The notes below the pieces were generated by a model that saw nothing but the letters and a program-made list of their open reading frames with translations, did not search any database and was not told the origin of the DNA. Positions 50,829 to 60,973 of a stretch of DNA of 64,000 nt are shown here, piece after piece (the first letter of the stretch is position 1; each line of letters starts with the position of its first letter). The position numbers and the translations under genes were made by a program. The stretch lies in the NCBI GenBank assembly GCA_963702205.1, contig OY969724.1, positions 1,024,001 to 1,088,000 on the forward strand, in the 5' to 3' direction. This stretch comes from an uncultured candidate division Zixibacteria bacterium (lineage in GTDB: Bacteria > Zixibacteria > MSB-5A5 > GN15 > PGXB01).

Positions 50829-53504
50829 CTATTCCAATTCTTCCCTGAGTTTTTTTTGCAGCACGTCGAAAACCTCATTCGAATCGACCGTCTCCGGCAC
50901 CGATCCCCGCGCGAAATTCTCCTTGCCTCCGCCGCGCCCGCCGAGCTGCTTTAAGACGGCGCCGGTCAGCTTACCGATATGAATTCCGGTTGCCGAACTG
51001 CCCGACGACATAAACGTCATCTTTCCATCTATCTTCCCGATCGCCGCCGCGATTTCAGGTTTGGCCGATCCCTTGATACTGTCCACCCAACCGCTCATTT
51101 CTACCGAGTCAACTTCGCCGAAATCATGAAAGCGCAGGACCAACGATCCGATTTTCTTATCTTCGCCTACCGTCGTCCCGCCGCCCGCCGAGAACCTCTC
51201 AGATTTGAGCTTTTTTATCTCTTTCTGGTAGCTCAACAGCCTGCGACTGGCGTCTTCCAATGCCGAAGCGATCTCGTTTTCGGGTTTGTTGAACAGCTTC
51301 ACCGCCAGGTCAACCGTCTGCTTGTTCGACAGCATCTTTTCGACCGCCATTCTTCCCGTGACGGCCTCAATACGCCTCACACCCGAGGCTATCCCGGTTT
51401 CCAGAGTTATCATGAACGATCCTATCTGGGCCGTGTTGTCGACGTGCGTCCCGCCGCACAATTCCTGTGAAAAATATTCGGGTTCTATTGTACCGTCGGT
51501 TTCGTCGGCATGAATACGCACGACCCGCACCCGGTCGGAATATTTCTCGCCGAATATAGCCATCGCTCCCTGTTCTTTGGCCTCTTCGATGGCGACGTCT
51601 TCTTCCGGGACGACGTTTAGCGCCCGCAGTATTTTGTCGTTGACCCGTTTTTCCACTTCGGTGATCTGTTCGTCGGTCAGTGGTTGAAAATGCGAGAAGT
51701 CGAAACGAAGTTTATCCGGACCGACGTACGATCCGGATTGAAAGACGTGCTCTCCGAGCACTTCGCGCAGGGCCGCCTGGAGCAGGTGGGTGGCGGTATG
51801 GTTTCGGATAATGTTGCGGCGGCGGACCATGTCCGTGCTGATTGCTACTTGCTGCCCGGCCGTGATCTTGCACGCGTCCGGATTGTCACAAATATGAACC
51901 GTAGCTTTATCTATCTTCAGCAGTTTTCTTACATAGAAATAATTACCCCGGAAAGACACCGAACCGTGATCCGAAAGCTGCCCCCCGGATTCCACGTAAA
52001 GCGGAGTCCGGTCGGGAATTAAAGCCAGATACGTTTCCCCGGATTCGGCGTGCGTCAGTTTGGTGGCAAAAAGAACTTTGGCCTGAATACTCATCGAATC
52101 GCGGACAAACTTCGTTTCAAAATCGGTTTGCCCTGATTTTTCCAGCCTTTCTTTCAGCGCCGTCTGGAAAAATACGTCCCGTTCGCCGTCGAACTGCGAT
52201 GCCCCGCGAGATTGCTCTTTCTGACGGTTCATCGATTTGTCGAAGATGTCCATATCGAGCGTCAAACCTTTTTCTTCCGCCATGACATTGATCAAATCCA
52301 CGGGAAATCCATAGGTGTCATACAATTTGAAAACATCGTCACCGGATATAACCGTACCGCCCTCTCTTTTCAGCTTGTTTACAACTTCATCGAACAGGTC
52401 ACAGCCGATATCCAGCGTCCGCCCGAACGATTCCTCTTCGGCCCGTATTACATTGACAATATGCTCCCGGCGATCGTTGATTTCCGGATAGACGTCGCCC
52501 ATCAGGTCGGCGAGAGTCGGGACAAGTTTGTATATGAATGGATCGTGCATATCAATCAGGCGGCCGTGCCGTGCCGCGCGGCGAAGAATCCGCCGCAGGA
52601 CATAACCCTGTTTCTCATTGGACAGGCCGCCGCCGTCGGCTATACAAAACGTCAGCGCTCGGACGTGGTCGGCAATCACCCGGTGTGACACTCCGCGGAC
52701 GTCGCTATGATATTTTTTGCCGGTAATTTCGGCTATGCTTTCTATCAGCGGGACAAAGAGGTCGGTTTCATAATTGCTATCGAGCCCGTTTTTGACGCAG
52801 GTAACCCGCTCCAGGCCGGCCCCGGTGTCCACCGACGGTTTCGGCAGCGGCACGAGATTGCCATCGGCTTTCTGTTCGAACTGCATAAAGACGAGGTTCC
52901 AGATTTCGACAAAGCGGTCACCCTCACCGTTGATATTATCGTTCGGCCCGGTGCCGAATTTATCGCCCTGATCGTAATGCAGCTCGCTGCACGGCCCGCA
53001 GGGACCGATATTGCCCATCGACCAGTAATTGTCCTGTCTGCCGAATTTCAAAATCCGGCCGTTTTTAAGTTCCGGGGCAACTTTGGCCCAAATTGAGTAA
53101 GCCTCATCGTCCTCGTCATAAACCGTCGCATAGAGACGGTCTATGGACAGATCGAGATACTTCGTTACCCACTCCCAGCAATAGAAAATGGCTTCTTCCT
53201 TGAAATAATCGCCGAACGAAAAATTCCCCAGCATCTCGAAAAAGGTCTGATGCCGGCCGGTGCGCCCGACATTTTCCAGATCGTTGTGTTTGCCTCCGGC
53301 CCGCATACATTTCTGCGACGTGGTCGCGCGGGGATAATCCGGTTTCTTCTCGCCGGTGAAAATGTCCTTGAACTGATTCATCCCGGCGTTCGCGAACAGA
53401 ATGGTCGGATCGTCAAACGGAATAACCGGCGACGACGGCAGGTGCTTGTGGTCGTGTTTCACGAAATAATCTATAAAAGATTGTCTTATATCCGACGATT
53501 TGAT
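50829..53504 (-). CDS. alaS: Alanine--tRNA ligase; the conserved N-terminus begins at an ATC codon
   Basis: (M)KSSDIRQSFIDYF; FANAGMNQFK; EIWNLVF; HTATHLL; ELCGGTH; GGRGGG. Confidence 0.95.
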   Translation of the reverse strand: MKSSDIRQSFIDYFVKHDHKHLPSSPVIPFDDPTILFANAGMNQFKDIFTGEKKPDYPRATTSQKCMRAGGKHNDLENVGRTGRHQTFFEMLGNFSFGDYFKEEAIFYCWEWVTKYLDLSIDRLYATVYDEDDEAYSIWAKVAPELKNGRILKFGRQDNYWSMGNIGPCGPCSELHYDQGDKFGTGPNDNINGEGDRFVEIWNLVFMQFEQKADGNLVPLPKPSVDTGAGLERVTCVKNGLDSNYETDLFVPLIESIAEITGKKYHSDVRGVSHRVIADHVRALTFCIADGGGLSNEKQGYVLRRILRRAARHGRLIDMHDPFIYKLVPTLADLMGDVYPEINDRREHIVNVIRAEEESFGRTLDIGCDLFDEVVNKLKREGGTVISGDDVFKLYDTYGFPVDLINVMAEEKGLTLDMDIFDKSMNRQKEQSRGASQFDGERDVFFQTALKERLEKSGQTDFETKFVRDSMSIQAKVLFATKLTHAESGETYLALIPDRTPLYVESGGQLSDHGSVSFRGNYFYVRKLLKIDKATVHICDNPDACKITAGQQVAISTDMVRRRNIIRNHTATHLLQAALREVLGEHVFQSGSYVGPDKLRFDFSHFQPLTDEQITEVEKRVNDKILRALNVVPEEDVAIEEAKEQGAMAIFGEKYSDRVRVVRIHADETDGTIEPEYFSQELCGGTHVDNTAQIGSFMITLETGIASGVRRIEAVTGRMAVEKMLSNKQTVDLAVKLFNKPENEIASALEDASRRLLSYQKEIKKLKSERFSAGGGTTVGEDKKIGSLVLRFHDFGEVDSVEMSGWVDSIKGSAKPEIAAAIGKIDGKMTFMSSGSSATGIHIGKLTGAVLKQLGGRGGGKENFARGSVPETVDSNEVFDVLQKKLREELE

Positions 53505-53507
53505 AGC

Positions 53508-54140
53508 TCATTCCTCCTGACTGATTTTCTCAAACGCTTGTCGGGCCGCATTATAACTTATTGAACGGCGCGACAGATAATTATACGCTTTGCGGCGGGC
53601 GGTTTCAAGGTCAAATTTGGACAAATAGGCCCAACGCGTTTCCAGCAGGCGAAAGGCCAGCGTATTTTCGTCGACGTCCTGAAAAGATTCCTCGACTACG
53701 GCCCGAGCAATGGCGTTGGGGACCATCTTCGACCGCAGGCGGGCGATTAAATAGCTGCGCCCGGCCGGTTTATGGCGAAGAGCCGAGCCTACCAGTTCCC
53801 GGGCGAATTTCGTATCGTCCAGAAATCCCCGCTCGATATAAACCTTGACCACCTGTTCTATGGTCGCTTTGCCGAACCCTTTCTGGGTCAGCTTCTGACT
53901 GACCTGCCCGATCGAATAGGAACGCGCCCCGAGAATATAACCCAGATAATGGTCGGCCCGGATAAAGTCGGATTTGGCCTTAATCAGATCCATTTGTTCG
54001 AGCGACATCTCCTGCCCCACACGCAGGCGGTCATGGTCAATAATCGACCGCAACAGTAAAAATTCACTATCGTCGGAAAGGCTAACCAGCGCCAGCCTGC
54101 CTTTGGGAGATATTGATTTAATAATAAGCGCCTGCGACAT
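53508..54140 (-). CDS. recX: Regulatory protein RecX
   Basis: R.YS...V..KL..KG...GFLDD.KFA; YL.RR; typical position before alaS. Confidence 0.8.
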   Translation of the reverse strand: MSQALIIKSISPKGRLALVSLSDDSEFLLLRSIIDHDRLRVGQEMSLEQMDLIKAKSDFIRADHYLGYILGARSYSIGQVSQKLTQKGFGKATIEQVVKVYIERGFLDDTKFARELVGSALRHKPAGRSYLIARLRSKMVPNAIARAVVEESFQDVDENTLAFRLLETRWAYLSKFDLETARRKAYNYLSRRSISYNAARQAFEKISQEE

Positions 54141-54327
54141 GGACTATAAAATACACGATATTCCTCATAAAAAAAACCATTTCTTATAAGTTTAGTCGAA
54201 ACTTCAAAGGACAATTCCCGACTTTTCAGTCCGGCATGAAGAACGGCACAATTTTGAAACCGCCTCTTGATAATGTCGGTTCTAATATTTACAATTGAAA
54301 ACAAGTCAAATTTCAAAGGAGCGAAAT

Positions 54328-54675
54328 ATGCCGGTACGCAAATATAACGAAATCGCCGAAGTCGAAGTCAAAATGGACGGTGTCGTCGGAACGACCAAAC
54401 GAGTCCCGATTTCCAAAGCCGAAGGCTGGACCGATCATACCGTGCGCGTTTTCAAAATAGCGCCCGGAGGCCACACACCCAAACACCAGCACGATTGGGA
54501 ACATGTCAATTACGTCATGTCCGGCAAAGGCCGCCTGACTATCGCGGGGAAGCCGAACGAACTATCGCGCAACGATTTTGCCTTCGTTCCGCCCAACACC
54601 GAGCATCAATTCGAGAACCCGTACGATGAACCGTTCGAATTTATCTGTATCGTCCCGAATCGCGGGGAATATTAA
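54328..54675 (+). CDS. Cupin-domain protein
   Basis: PGGHTPKHQHDWEH...G.G...FVPPNTEHQF. Confidence 0.88.
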   Translation: MPVRKYNEIAEVEVKMDGVVGTTKRVPISKAEGWTDHTVRVFKIAPGGHTPKHQHDWEHVNYVMSGKGRLTIAGKPNELSRNDFAFVPPNTEHQFENPYDEPFEFICIVPNRGEY

Positions 54676-54720
54676 CGATTTTATATAAACCCCCGGATCA
54701 GACGACCCGGGCATGGATAT

Positions 54721-54758
54721 TAAAAAAGGGGCAGGTTGCATGTACCTGTCCCTTTTAA
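54721..54758. terminator. Bidirectional terminator between convergent genes
   Basis: aaaaggggcagg...cctgtccctttt flanked by A and T runs. Confidence 0.7.
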
Positions 54759-54768
54759 TATTTATGGA

Positions 54769-57519
54769 TTACAAATTTCCGGCCGTAGCCAGCACGTAAT
54801 TTTTCGTATCGAAATATTTCTGTGCAGCCGTCTGCACCTGCTCGGGTGTGACGCTCCGTATATCGCCTACGAATTTATCGCCGTAATTATATCCCAGACC
54901 GAGATATTCATAAACGCCCATATAATACGCCTGGTTAATGCGCGACAGGTTGGCCGAAAGGTACGAGCCCCAGATGTCATTAACCGCCGTCATGAGCTCT
55001 TCAGCGGTAGGTGGTTCGCTTTTCAGCCGCTCGATTTCGGCCAGAATTCCGTCTTTAGCCTTTTCATAGTTATTAGCCCCGGTGCCCATGGTACATACAA
55101 ACCAGCCGAAGTTTTTGTCCATCGCCGCCGACGCTCCAACCGTGTAGGCCAGACCCTGCTTTTCCCTCAGCTCATCTCTCAGGCGGCCGGACAAAACCGC
55201 CGCCGCAACTTTTATGGCCGAGGCATCGGGCGACATAACCGACGGCAGGGCGTTGCCGAGATATATGTATACCTGCTCTTTATCCATTTTTTCGTTGGCG
55301 GCTCTGACGCCTTTTATTTCCACCGGAGGGCCGGCCTCGACCGGTTTGAATCCCGTGGCGGAAACATCCGCGAATTTCTCCCGGAGAAGTTTCATTATTC
55401 GCGCGGGTTCCTGGTTGGTGCAAACCGTAACAATCATATTTTTCGGCGAGTACATCTTCTTGTGATAGGCTTTCAGATCATCCACCGTAATGGCGTTGAG
55501 CGTGCGGTAAGTCCCGTCGATGGTTTTGGCATAGGCCTGACCGGCAAACAGGGTCTCATAGAATTTCTTGCGGGCCATCTGGTATGTCGAACCGCTGCCT
55601 CGCCCGATCAAACCGAATATCTCCTTGCGGACGGCTTCGACGTCGGATGAATCGAAAGCCGGATTAAGAATCATGTCGGAAAACAGGTCTATGCCGCGAT
55701 CCGCGAACTCGTCGATGGTTTCGAATTTCATAAACGAGTATTCCGGCGTGGTATAGCGGTCGTCGTACGGTATCCAGGGGTTATCATAAAGCGTGACATT
55801 GGCCCCGATTGCGGTCAGGTCCGCCGACAGCTTATCGGCCGGACGGGTGGTCGTTCCCTTTTCGATCAGGTGATTGACCATATTGGTTATGCCGTCGAGC
55901 CCCTCCGGTTCCGTGGCCGACCGGTTTTTTCCGATGACGTTGAGCGCAAAGACGCGGCTGTCGGGATTGGTCTTGATTATAATTTCCAGGCCGTTATCCA
56001 AAGTCTCTTTCAAATTGGTCGCCGATTGTTTTTCCGGAGTTTCTCCGGCTTTGGTAACGTCCGGCATTTTAAAATCCTTGCCCGATGACAGGTCGTGGGC
56101 GGGGAATTGGGTCTTTTGATAATAGGCTGTCACATCATCTCTGGTCGGGCCGTCCGAGCGGTACGGTTTCGAATTCGACGATCCTTCCGGCGTGACAGCC
56201 GTCGCTATATAAGCCGGTTTCGTAATATACTTTTGCACCACCCGGGCAATATCGGGAACCGAGACCGAATCGATATTGTCGTTAACCTTCTCGAAAAAAT
56301 CCCAGCCGGTTATAGCCAGAAGCGGCGCGATCATGAAACCGTAATAGTGCAATTTCTCCGAATAATAAATGTCGTTGCAGCGGCGAGCCACCTTATAGCC
56401 GTTGACGATATTCTCCGACGGCAAATTCTGACCAAGATTGGAAAATACATCGTTGCATGCCGTGACGATGGAACCGACGTTGCCCGCCTTGGGCGATATT
56501 ACCTCGATATTCAGACGGCTGAATTCTTCTCGTGTATCCAGTCCGACCGAAACACTGGTCGCGAGCGGATTGTCGCCGCCCTTGAGGGCCTTTATAAGGG
56601 GCGATATTTCTTCGTCCCCGAGATAATCGGCCAGAAGGTTAAATGCGAACCAGCCGCTGTCGGAAAAGCGCGGCGCCTCGAGCGACAGGTCAACGTACGT
56701 GGACTTGACCGGGGCCGTCGCCTCATGCATCTGGATTCCTTCGATCGGCTTATATTCGATCGCCGGCAGCGGCGGCGGTTCGACCGATTTGAAGCCACCG
56801 AGGACTTTCTCCACCATCTTTTCCATTTCCGGCATTTCAAAATCGCCGATGATAAGCGTCATCATTCGGTTGGGAGCATAAAAGCGCTTGTAATAATCGA
56901 CGATGGCATCACGGGGGATATTAGTTATAATCGGTTCGTAGCCGATAACCGGGCGGGCGTACGGAGTTCCGGCGAAGGCCGTCTCTTCGAAAAAGGCTTC
57001 GGCCGGTGCACCCTCGGCGTCGTTATCCATTCTCATTTCTTCATTCACGATGCCCCGCTCTTTGGGGAGACGGTCTTCGCCAATGGCCGAATTGAAAAGC
57101 ATGTCGGCTTCGGTTGCCATACCGTACTCGATATATTCACGAGGCATCAGCACCAAATAGGCGGTGAAGTCCTTTCTGGTGAAGGCGTTTATATAGCCGC
57201 CCAGTCTCTCAATCCCCTTTTCTATGTCATCCTGCGACCGCGTCGCCGTGCCGTTGAAAAGCAGGTGCTCCAGAAAATGCGTAACGCCGTTATTATAACG
57301 ATCTTCGTATTTACTCCCGGCCTTGACAAAGACCATACTGGTTATCATGGGGGAGGCATGGTTGGCCTTGAGAACCACTTCCATTCCGTTTTTCAGATGA
57401 TAACTTTTTTCAGAGACGGCTGGGGTTTTTCCGCCACCGGAACAGGCGATCGCCAAAACCAGCGTCGCCAGCATAAAGCTCGAAATTATAACTTTCCAGC
57501 AGATTTTCCTGCTTATCAT
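54769..57519 (-). CDS. M16 (pitrilysin) family zinc peptidase, probable lipoprotein
   Basis: LAIAC lipobox; HFLEH motif; NAFT; second half degenerate (NHLIE); LREKQGLAY. Confidence 0.92.
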   Translation of the reverse strand: MISRKICWKVIISSFMLATLVLAIACSGGGKTPAVSEKSYHLKNGMEVVLKANHASPMITSMVFVKAGSKYEDRYNNGVTHFLEHLLFNGTATRSQDDIEKGIERLGGYINAFTRKDFTAYLVLMPREYIEYGMATEADMLFNSAIGEDRLPKERGIVNEEMRMDNDAEGAPAEAFFEETAFAGTPYARPVIGYEPIITNIPRDAIVDYYKRFYAPNRMMTLIIGDFEMPEMEKMVEKVLGGFKSVEPPPLPAIEYKPIEGIQMHEATAPVKSTYVDLSLEAPRFSDSGWFAFNLLADYLGDEEISPLIKALKGGDNPLATSVSVGLDTREEFSRLNIEVISPKAGNVGSIVTACNDVFSNLGQNLPSENIVNGYKVARRCNDIYYSEKLHYYGFMIAPLLAITGWDFFEKVNDNIDSVSVPDIARVVQKYITKPAYIATAVTPEGSSNSKPYRSDGPTRDDVTAYYQKTQFPAHDLSSGKDFKMPDVTKAGETPEKQSATNLKETLDNGLEIIIKTNPDSRVFALNVIGKNRSATEPEGLDGITNMVNHLIEKGTTTRPADKLSADLTAIGANVTLYDNPWIPYDDRYTTPEYSFMKFETIDEFADRGIDLFSDMILNPAFDSSDVEAVRKEIFGLIGRGSGSTYQMARKKFYETLFAGQAYAKTIDGTYRTLNAITVDDLKAYHKKMYSPKNMIVTVCTNQEPARIMKLLREKFADVSATGFKPVEAGPPVEIKGVRAANEKMDKEQVYIYLGNALPSVMSPDASAIKVAAAVLSGRLRDELREKQGLAYTVGASAAMDKNFGWFVCTMGTGANNYEKAKDGILAEIERLKSEPPTAEELMTAVNDIWGSYLSANLSRINQAYYMGVYEYLGLGYNYGDKFVGDIRSVTPEQVQTAAQKYFDTKNYVLATAGNL

Positions 57520-57698
57520 AACTACTCCCTGCAACGATGCCCGGTCATGTGCAAACAAAATACATTTTTGCACCGGGCGATTCCTGTTTGTTTTACATAA
57601 CTGATTATATCTAAACACATTAAGCTACCAGGATTGTTTCCGCCTGTCAAGCCCAATCGCCAAAATGGCATTGACATTATACCGATTAAAGATATATT

Positions 57699-58139
57699 GT
57701 GACAACCTTTATGACAAAAAAACATGCAAATAAAGTCGCCATAGCGGGTCACGGCGCGTTCCTGTTGCTGTGCGCGATCAGTCTTCTGTTCTTCGGAATT
57801 CTGGCCAACTCCGCTCTGGTTTCGGTGAAATCGATCAAAACGGAATCATCGACCCATCAGGTATGTTCGGTCGACGTCGATTGGTTGCCGGGTTCCGATG
57901 GCTCCATGGCCACCAACGAGAGTTCATCGTCCGGAAAAGTATTTCATATTACGATCCCGGCGCTGGTTACGGGCGGCGGTCTGGACAAGCGTTTTCCGGT
58001 ACAGAAGATTATCGAAATCAGGACGTCTCCCCGGATAATATGCGGACAGTTTGCGCTTTTTTCTGCTGCCATCACGGTCTGCCCTCATAAGGCCCGTGAA
58101 TTTACACTGGTCGGTGCCAAACCCTCCGGCACCAGCTAA
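57699..58139 (+). CDS. Small exported/TM protein upstream of secD (candidate secretion-monitor leader)
   Basis: N-terminal hydrophobic segment, Ser-rich linker, ends ...REFTLVGAKPSGTS; co-oriented, 90 nt before secD. Confidence 0.55.
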   Translation: MTTFMTKKHANKVAIAGHGAFLLLCAISLLFFGILANSALVSVKSIKTESSTHQVCSVDVDWLPGSDGSMATNESSSSGKVFHITIPALVTGGGLDKRFPVQKIIEIRTSPRIICGQFALFSAAITVCPHKAREFTLVGAKPSGTS

Positions 58140-58229
58140 ATATCCTCCGCTTTTCTTTCCCTAAACAGCCTTATAAAATTTAATCCCAAGCCAAAAGCAT
58201 AATTTTATTTATAAAGGAGTCTGGAATTT

Positions 58230-59984
58230 ATGAGAACCCAAACCTGGCGTTTAGTTATCACCGGCGCTTTGGTCGTCCTGGCCTTCATCGGCTTCTGGAA
58301 TACTCTGCGCCTCTGGACGCTAAACAGCGCCGACCGGGCCAGAATGGAGAAAATCAAGCCCGGTTCCGTGAACGAACTTGAACGCAAAGCAATGAGACTC
58401 GGCCTCGATCTTCAGGGCGGCATTCATGTCGTTCTTCGGGTCGAGATGGAAAAGCTGGCCAAAAACGAACAAACCGATGCCGTCGAACGCGCCATTCAGG
58501 TCATCCGCAATCGTGTCGACTTCACCGGTGTCACCGAGCCGATCATACAAAAGCAGGGCAGCGACCGGATTATCGTCGATCTGCCCGGTTATACCGACGC
58601 CGCGCGGGCCGAGGAAATCATCGGACAAACCGCGCAGTTGGAATACAAGCTTCTTGAGACGTACGAAAACGCTTCGATTCTTTTCGAAAAGATCGATTCG
58701 GTCGTGGCGGAGATTCGTAAGTCCGAAGGCCATCAATCCGATGAGTACAACAGCGTGATGGCCGAAATAGACAAGGCCAACAAAGACATGATGGCCGACA
58801 TGAATCAGCCCGAAGAAGGTTCCGCCTCTCCGGACACAACGGCCGATTCCACGTCGGGTCTGTTTTCGGAATTTCTTGGACCCGATTCCGCCAAAGGCGA
58901 AAACAACGACCTGGTATATGATTCCGAAGCCAAGCCCTTTACTCAATACCTGCAACAGTGGCTGTCCAACCGCGACGGTGTCCCGTTTCCGGGGTACTAT
59001 GTGTCCATCAAAGATCGCCCGCTTATAGAGAAATGGCTGGCACGTCCCGAAGTGCAGAAGCTTATTCCGCCCGATGATCAAATTGCATTTTCAACGCGGT
59101 CTCACATCGCCAACGCCCAGGAAGTTTATAGCCTTTACGTTCTCAAACGTAAGGTGCAGTTTCTTGGCAAGTTTCTCGAGAACATCAGGCTCGGGCGTGG
59201 ACGGTTTCAGGAGAACACGGTTGACTTCCGGGTTTCCGGTGAAGCCGCCGCCGCTTTCGCGCGTTTGACCGGAGCCAATATCGACAAACCGCTGGCCATC
59301 GTCATCGACGGCAAAGTCGAATCGGCGCCGTTCGTGGCCGACAAAATTCGCGGCAACGGCACCATTACTATGGGCAGCGGGGCCAGTCTGGAAGACGCGC
59401 AGAACCTCATGATCGTTCTTAAAGCCGGTGCCCTTCCCGCCCCGGTTGAAATCATCGAGAAAAACGTGGTCGGGCCGTCCCTCGGTTCCGACTCGATCCG
59501 TAAGGGCTTTATTTCCAGCGTCGTTGGTTTGGCCCTGGTTCTGGTCCTGATCGGCATATATTATAAAGTCTCAGGACTGATTGCCGATTTCGCTCTGGTT
59601 TTCAACATCTTTTTCCTGCTGGCGGTTATGGCCGGCCTGAAAGCGACTTTAACCATGCCGGGTATCGCGGGGATTGTCCTAACCGTCGGTATTTCGGTGG
59701 ACGCCAACGTCCTGATATTCGAGCGTATTCGAGAGGAGCTTCGAACCGGAAAAACCGTCCGGGCGGCTATCGACGCCGGTTATGACCGGGCTCTTCTGAC
59801 AATCATCGACAGTCACGTGACAACATTGATAACTGCCGGAGCTTTGTTCCTGTTCGGCTCCGGGCCCATTAAAGGTTTTGCGGTGTCGTTGTTCTGCGGT
59901 GTTATGATATCACTCTACACGGCTGTAGTCATCACCAAGACCGTTTTTGACTTCCGCAAAGGCTACAATACGCTCAGCATATAA
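58230..59984 (+). CDS. secD: Protein translocase subunit SecD
   Basis: LGLDLQGG; LKAGALPAP; VGPSLG; VDANVLIFERIREE. Confidence 0.96.
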   Translation: MRTQTWRLVITGALVVLAFIGFWNTLRLWTLNSADRARMEKIKPGSVNELERKAMRLGLDLQGGIHVVLRVEMEKLAKNEQTDAVERAIQVIRNRVDFTGVTEPIIQKQGSDRIIVDLPGYTDAARAEEIIGQTAQLEYKLLETYENASILFEKIDSVVAEIRKSEGHQSDEYNSVMAEIDKANKDMMADMNQPEEGSASPDTTADSTSGLFSEFLGPDSAKGENNDLVYDSEAKPFTQYLQQWLSNRDGVPFPGYYVSIKDRPLIEKWLARPEVQKLIPPDDQIAFSTRSHIANAQEVYSLYVLKRKVQFLGKFLENIRLGRGRFQENTVDFRVSGEAAAAFARLTGANIDKPLAIVIDGKVESAPFVADKIRGNGTITMGSGASLEDAQNLMIVLKAGALPAPVEIIEKNVVGPSLGSDSIRKGFISSVVGLALVLVLIGIYYKVSGLIADFALVFNIFFLLAVMAGLKATLTMPGIAGIVLTVGISVDANVLIFERIREELRTGKTVRAAIDAGYDRALLTIIDSHVTTLITAGALFLFGSGPIKGFAVSLFCGVMISLYTAVVITKTVFDFRKGYNTLSI

Positions 59985-59995
59985 GGAGTTTGATT

Positions 59996-60919
59996 ATGCT
60001 TAGGATAGTTGGCGAAACCAATATAGATTTTATAGGCCATCGAAGGAAAGCCTTCCTGATTTCAGGACTGCTGGTCCTTTTGGGCCTGTTTGCTTTCACC
60101 ATGGTTCTTCTCGACAAAGCCAATATGGGGATTGACTTTGAGGGCGGCACCATGCTTCAGGGCAGCTTTGAAAATCCCATCACCATTGGGGACCTGCGCA
60201 ATGCCGTAACGAGCAACGGCTTTCCCGAAGCGTACATTCAGGAATTGCACCGGGAAAGTATTAAGAATTCATATATAATTCGTGTCAAGGAAACCGTCGC
60301 CGGGGATGAAAAGGCTATAAACAAGCTGTCGAAAATTATCGATGAGTCTTTTCCCGGAAACAAGTTTACCGAGGACTCGGAACACGTCATCGGGCCGGCG
60401 GTAGGGCAGTCGCTTCGACAAAGCGCCGTCTACGCCATATTGATCTCGATAATCGGTATGATTATTTATATCGGCATCCGCTTCGATTTTCGTTCCGGCG
60501 TGGCGGCAACCATTGCCACATTCCACGACGTGCTCGCCGTACTCGGTATTTTCTTTATCCTGAATAAAGAAATAACCCTGCTGGTCGTCACGGCCCTGCT
60601 GACTTTGGCCGGTTATTCTCTGACTGATACCGTCGTCGTGTTCGATCGCATAAGGGAAAACCTCAAGAAGTTCCGCAAAAAAGGCGAGTTCGTACAAACC
60701 GTAAATCGCTCCATCAACGACGTTCTTTCCCGAACCATCATGACTTCGGTAACCACGCTGATCGTGGCCGTGGTGCTGTACCTGTTCGGCGGTGAAGTGT
60801 TGAATGATTTCGCTCTGGCGCTGGTGTTGGGTGTGATAATCGGAACCTATTCTTCGATTTTCGTGGCCAGCCCGATCGTCGTGGAATGGGAAGATAAATC
60901 GCCTAAACGGTTCAAATAA
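59996..60919 (+). CDS. secF: Protein translocase subunit SecF
   Basis: GIDFEGG; FHDV; GYSLTDTVVVFDRIRE; GTYSSIFVASP. Confidence 0.96.
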   Translation: MLRIVGETNIDFIGHRRKAFLISGLLVLLGLFAFTMVLLDKANMGIDFEGGTMLQGSFENPITIGDLRNAVTSNGFPEAYIQELHRESIKNSYIIRVKETVAGDEKAINKLSKIIDESFPGNKFTEDSEHVIGPAVGQSLRQSAVYAILISIIGMIIYIGIRFDFRSGVAATIATFHDVLAVLGIFFILNKEITLLVVTALLTLAGYSLTDTVVVFDRIRENLKKFRKKGEFVQTVNRSINDVLSRTIMTSVTTLIVAVVLYLFGGEVLNDFALALVLGVIIGTYSSIFVASPIVVEWEDKSPKRFK

Positions 60920-60933
60920 TAATTTTACTAAAC

Positions 60934-60960
60934 GGGCCGCAGCGATGCGGCCCTTGTTTT
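60934..60960 (+). terminator. Rho-independent terminator after secF
   Basis: gggccgca-gcga-tgcggccc-ttgtttt. Confidence 0.75.
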
Positions 60961-60973
60961 ATTGGTCCGACCC

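Noticed and set aside
56095..57600. 501-aa plus-strand ORF and other long antisense ORFs (e.g. 54736..55650, 58320..59081, 63003..63881, 438..1214)
   Set aside because: Shadow frames of well-supported genes on the opposite strand, with no recognisable motifs.
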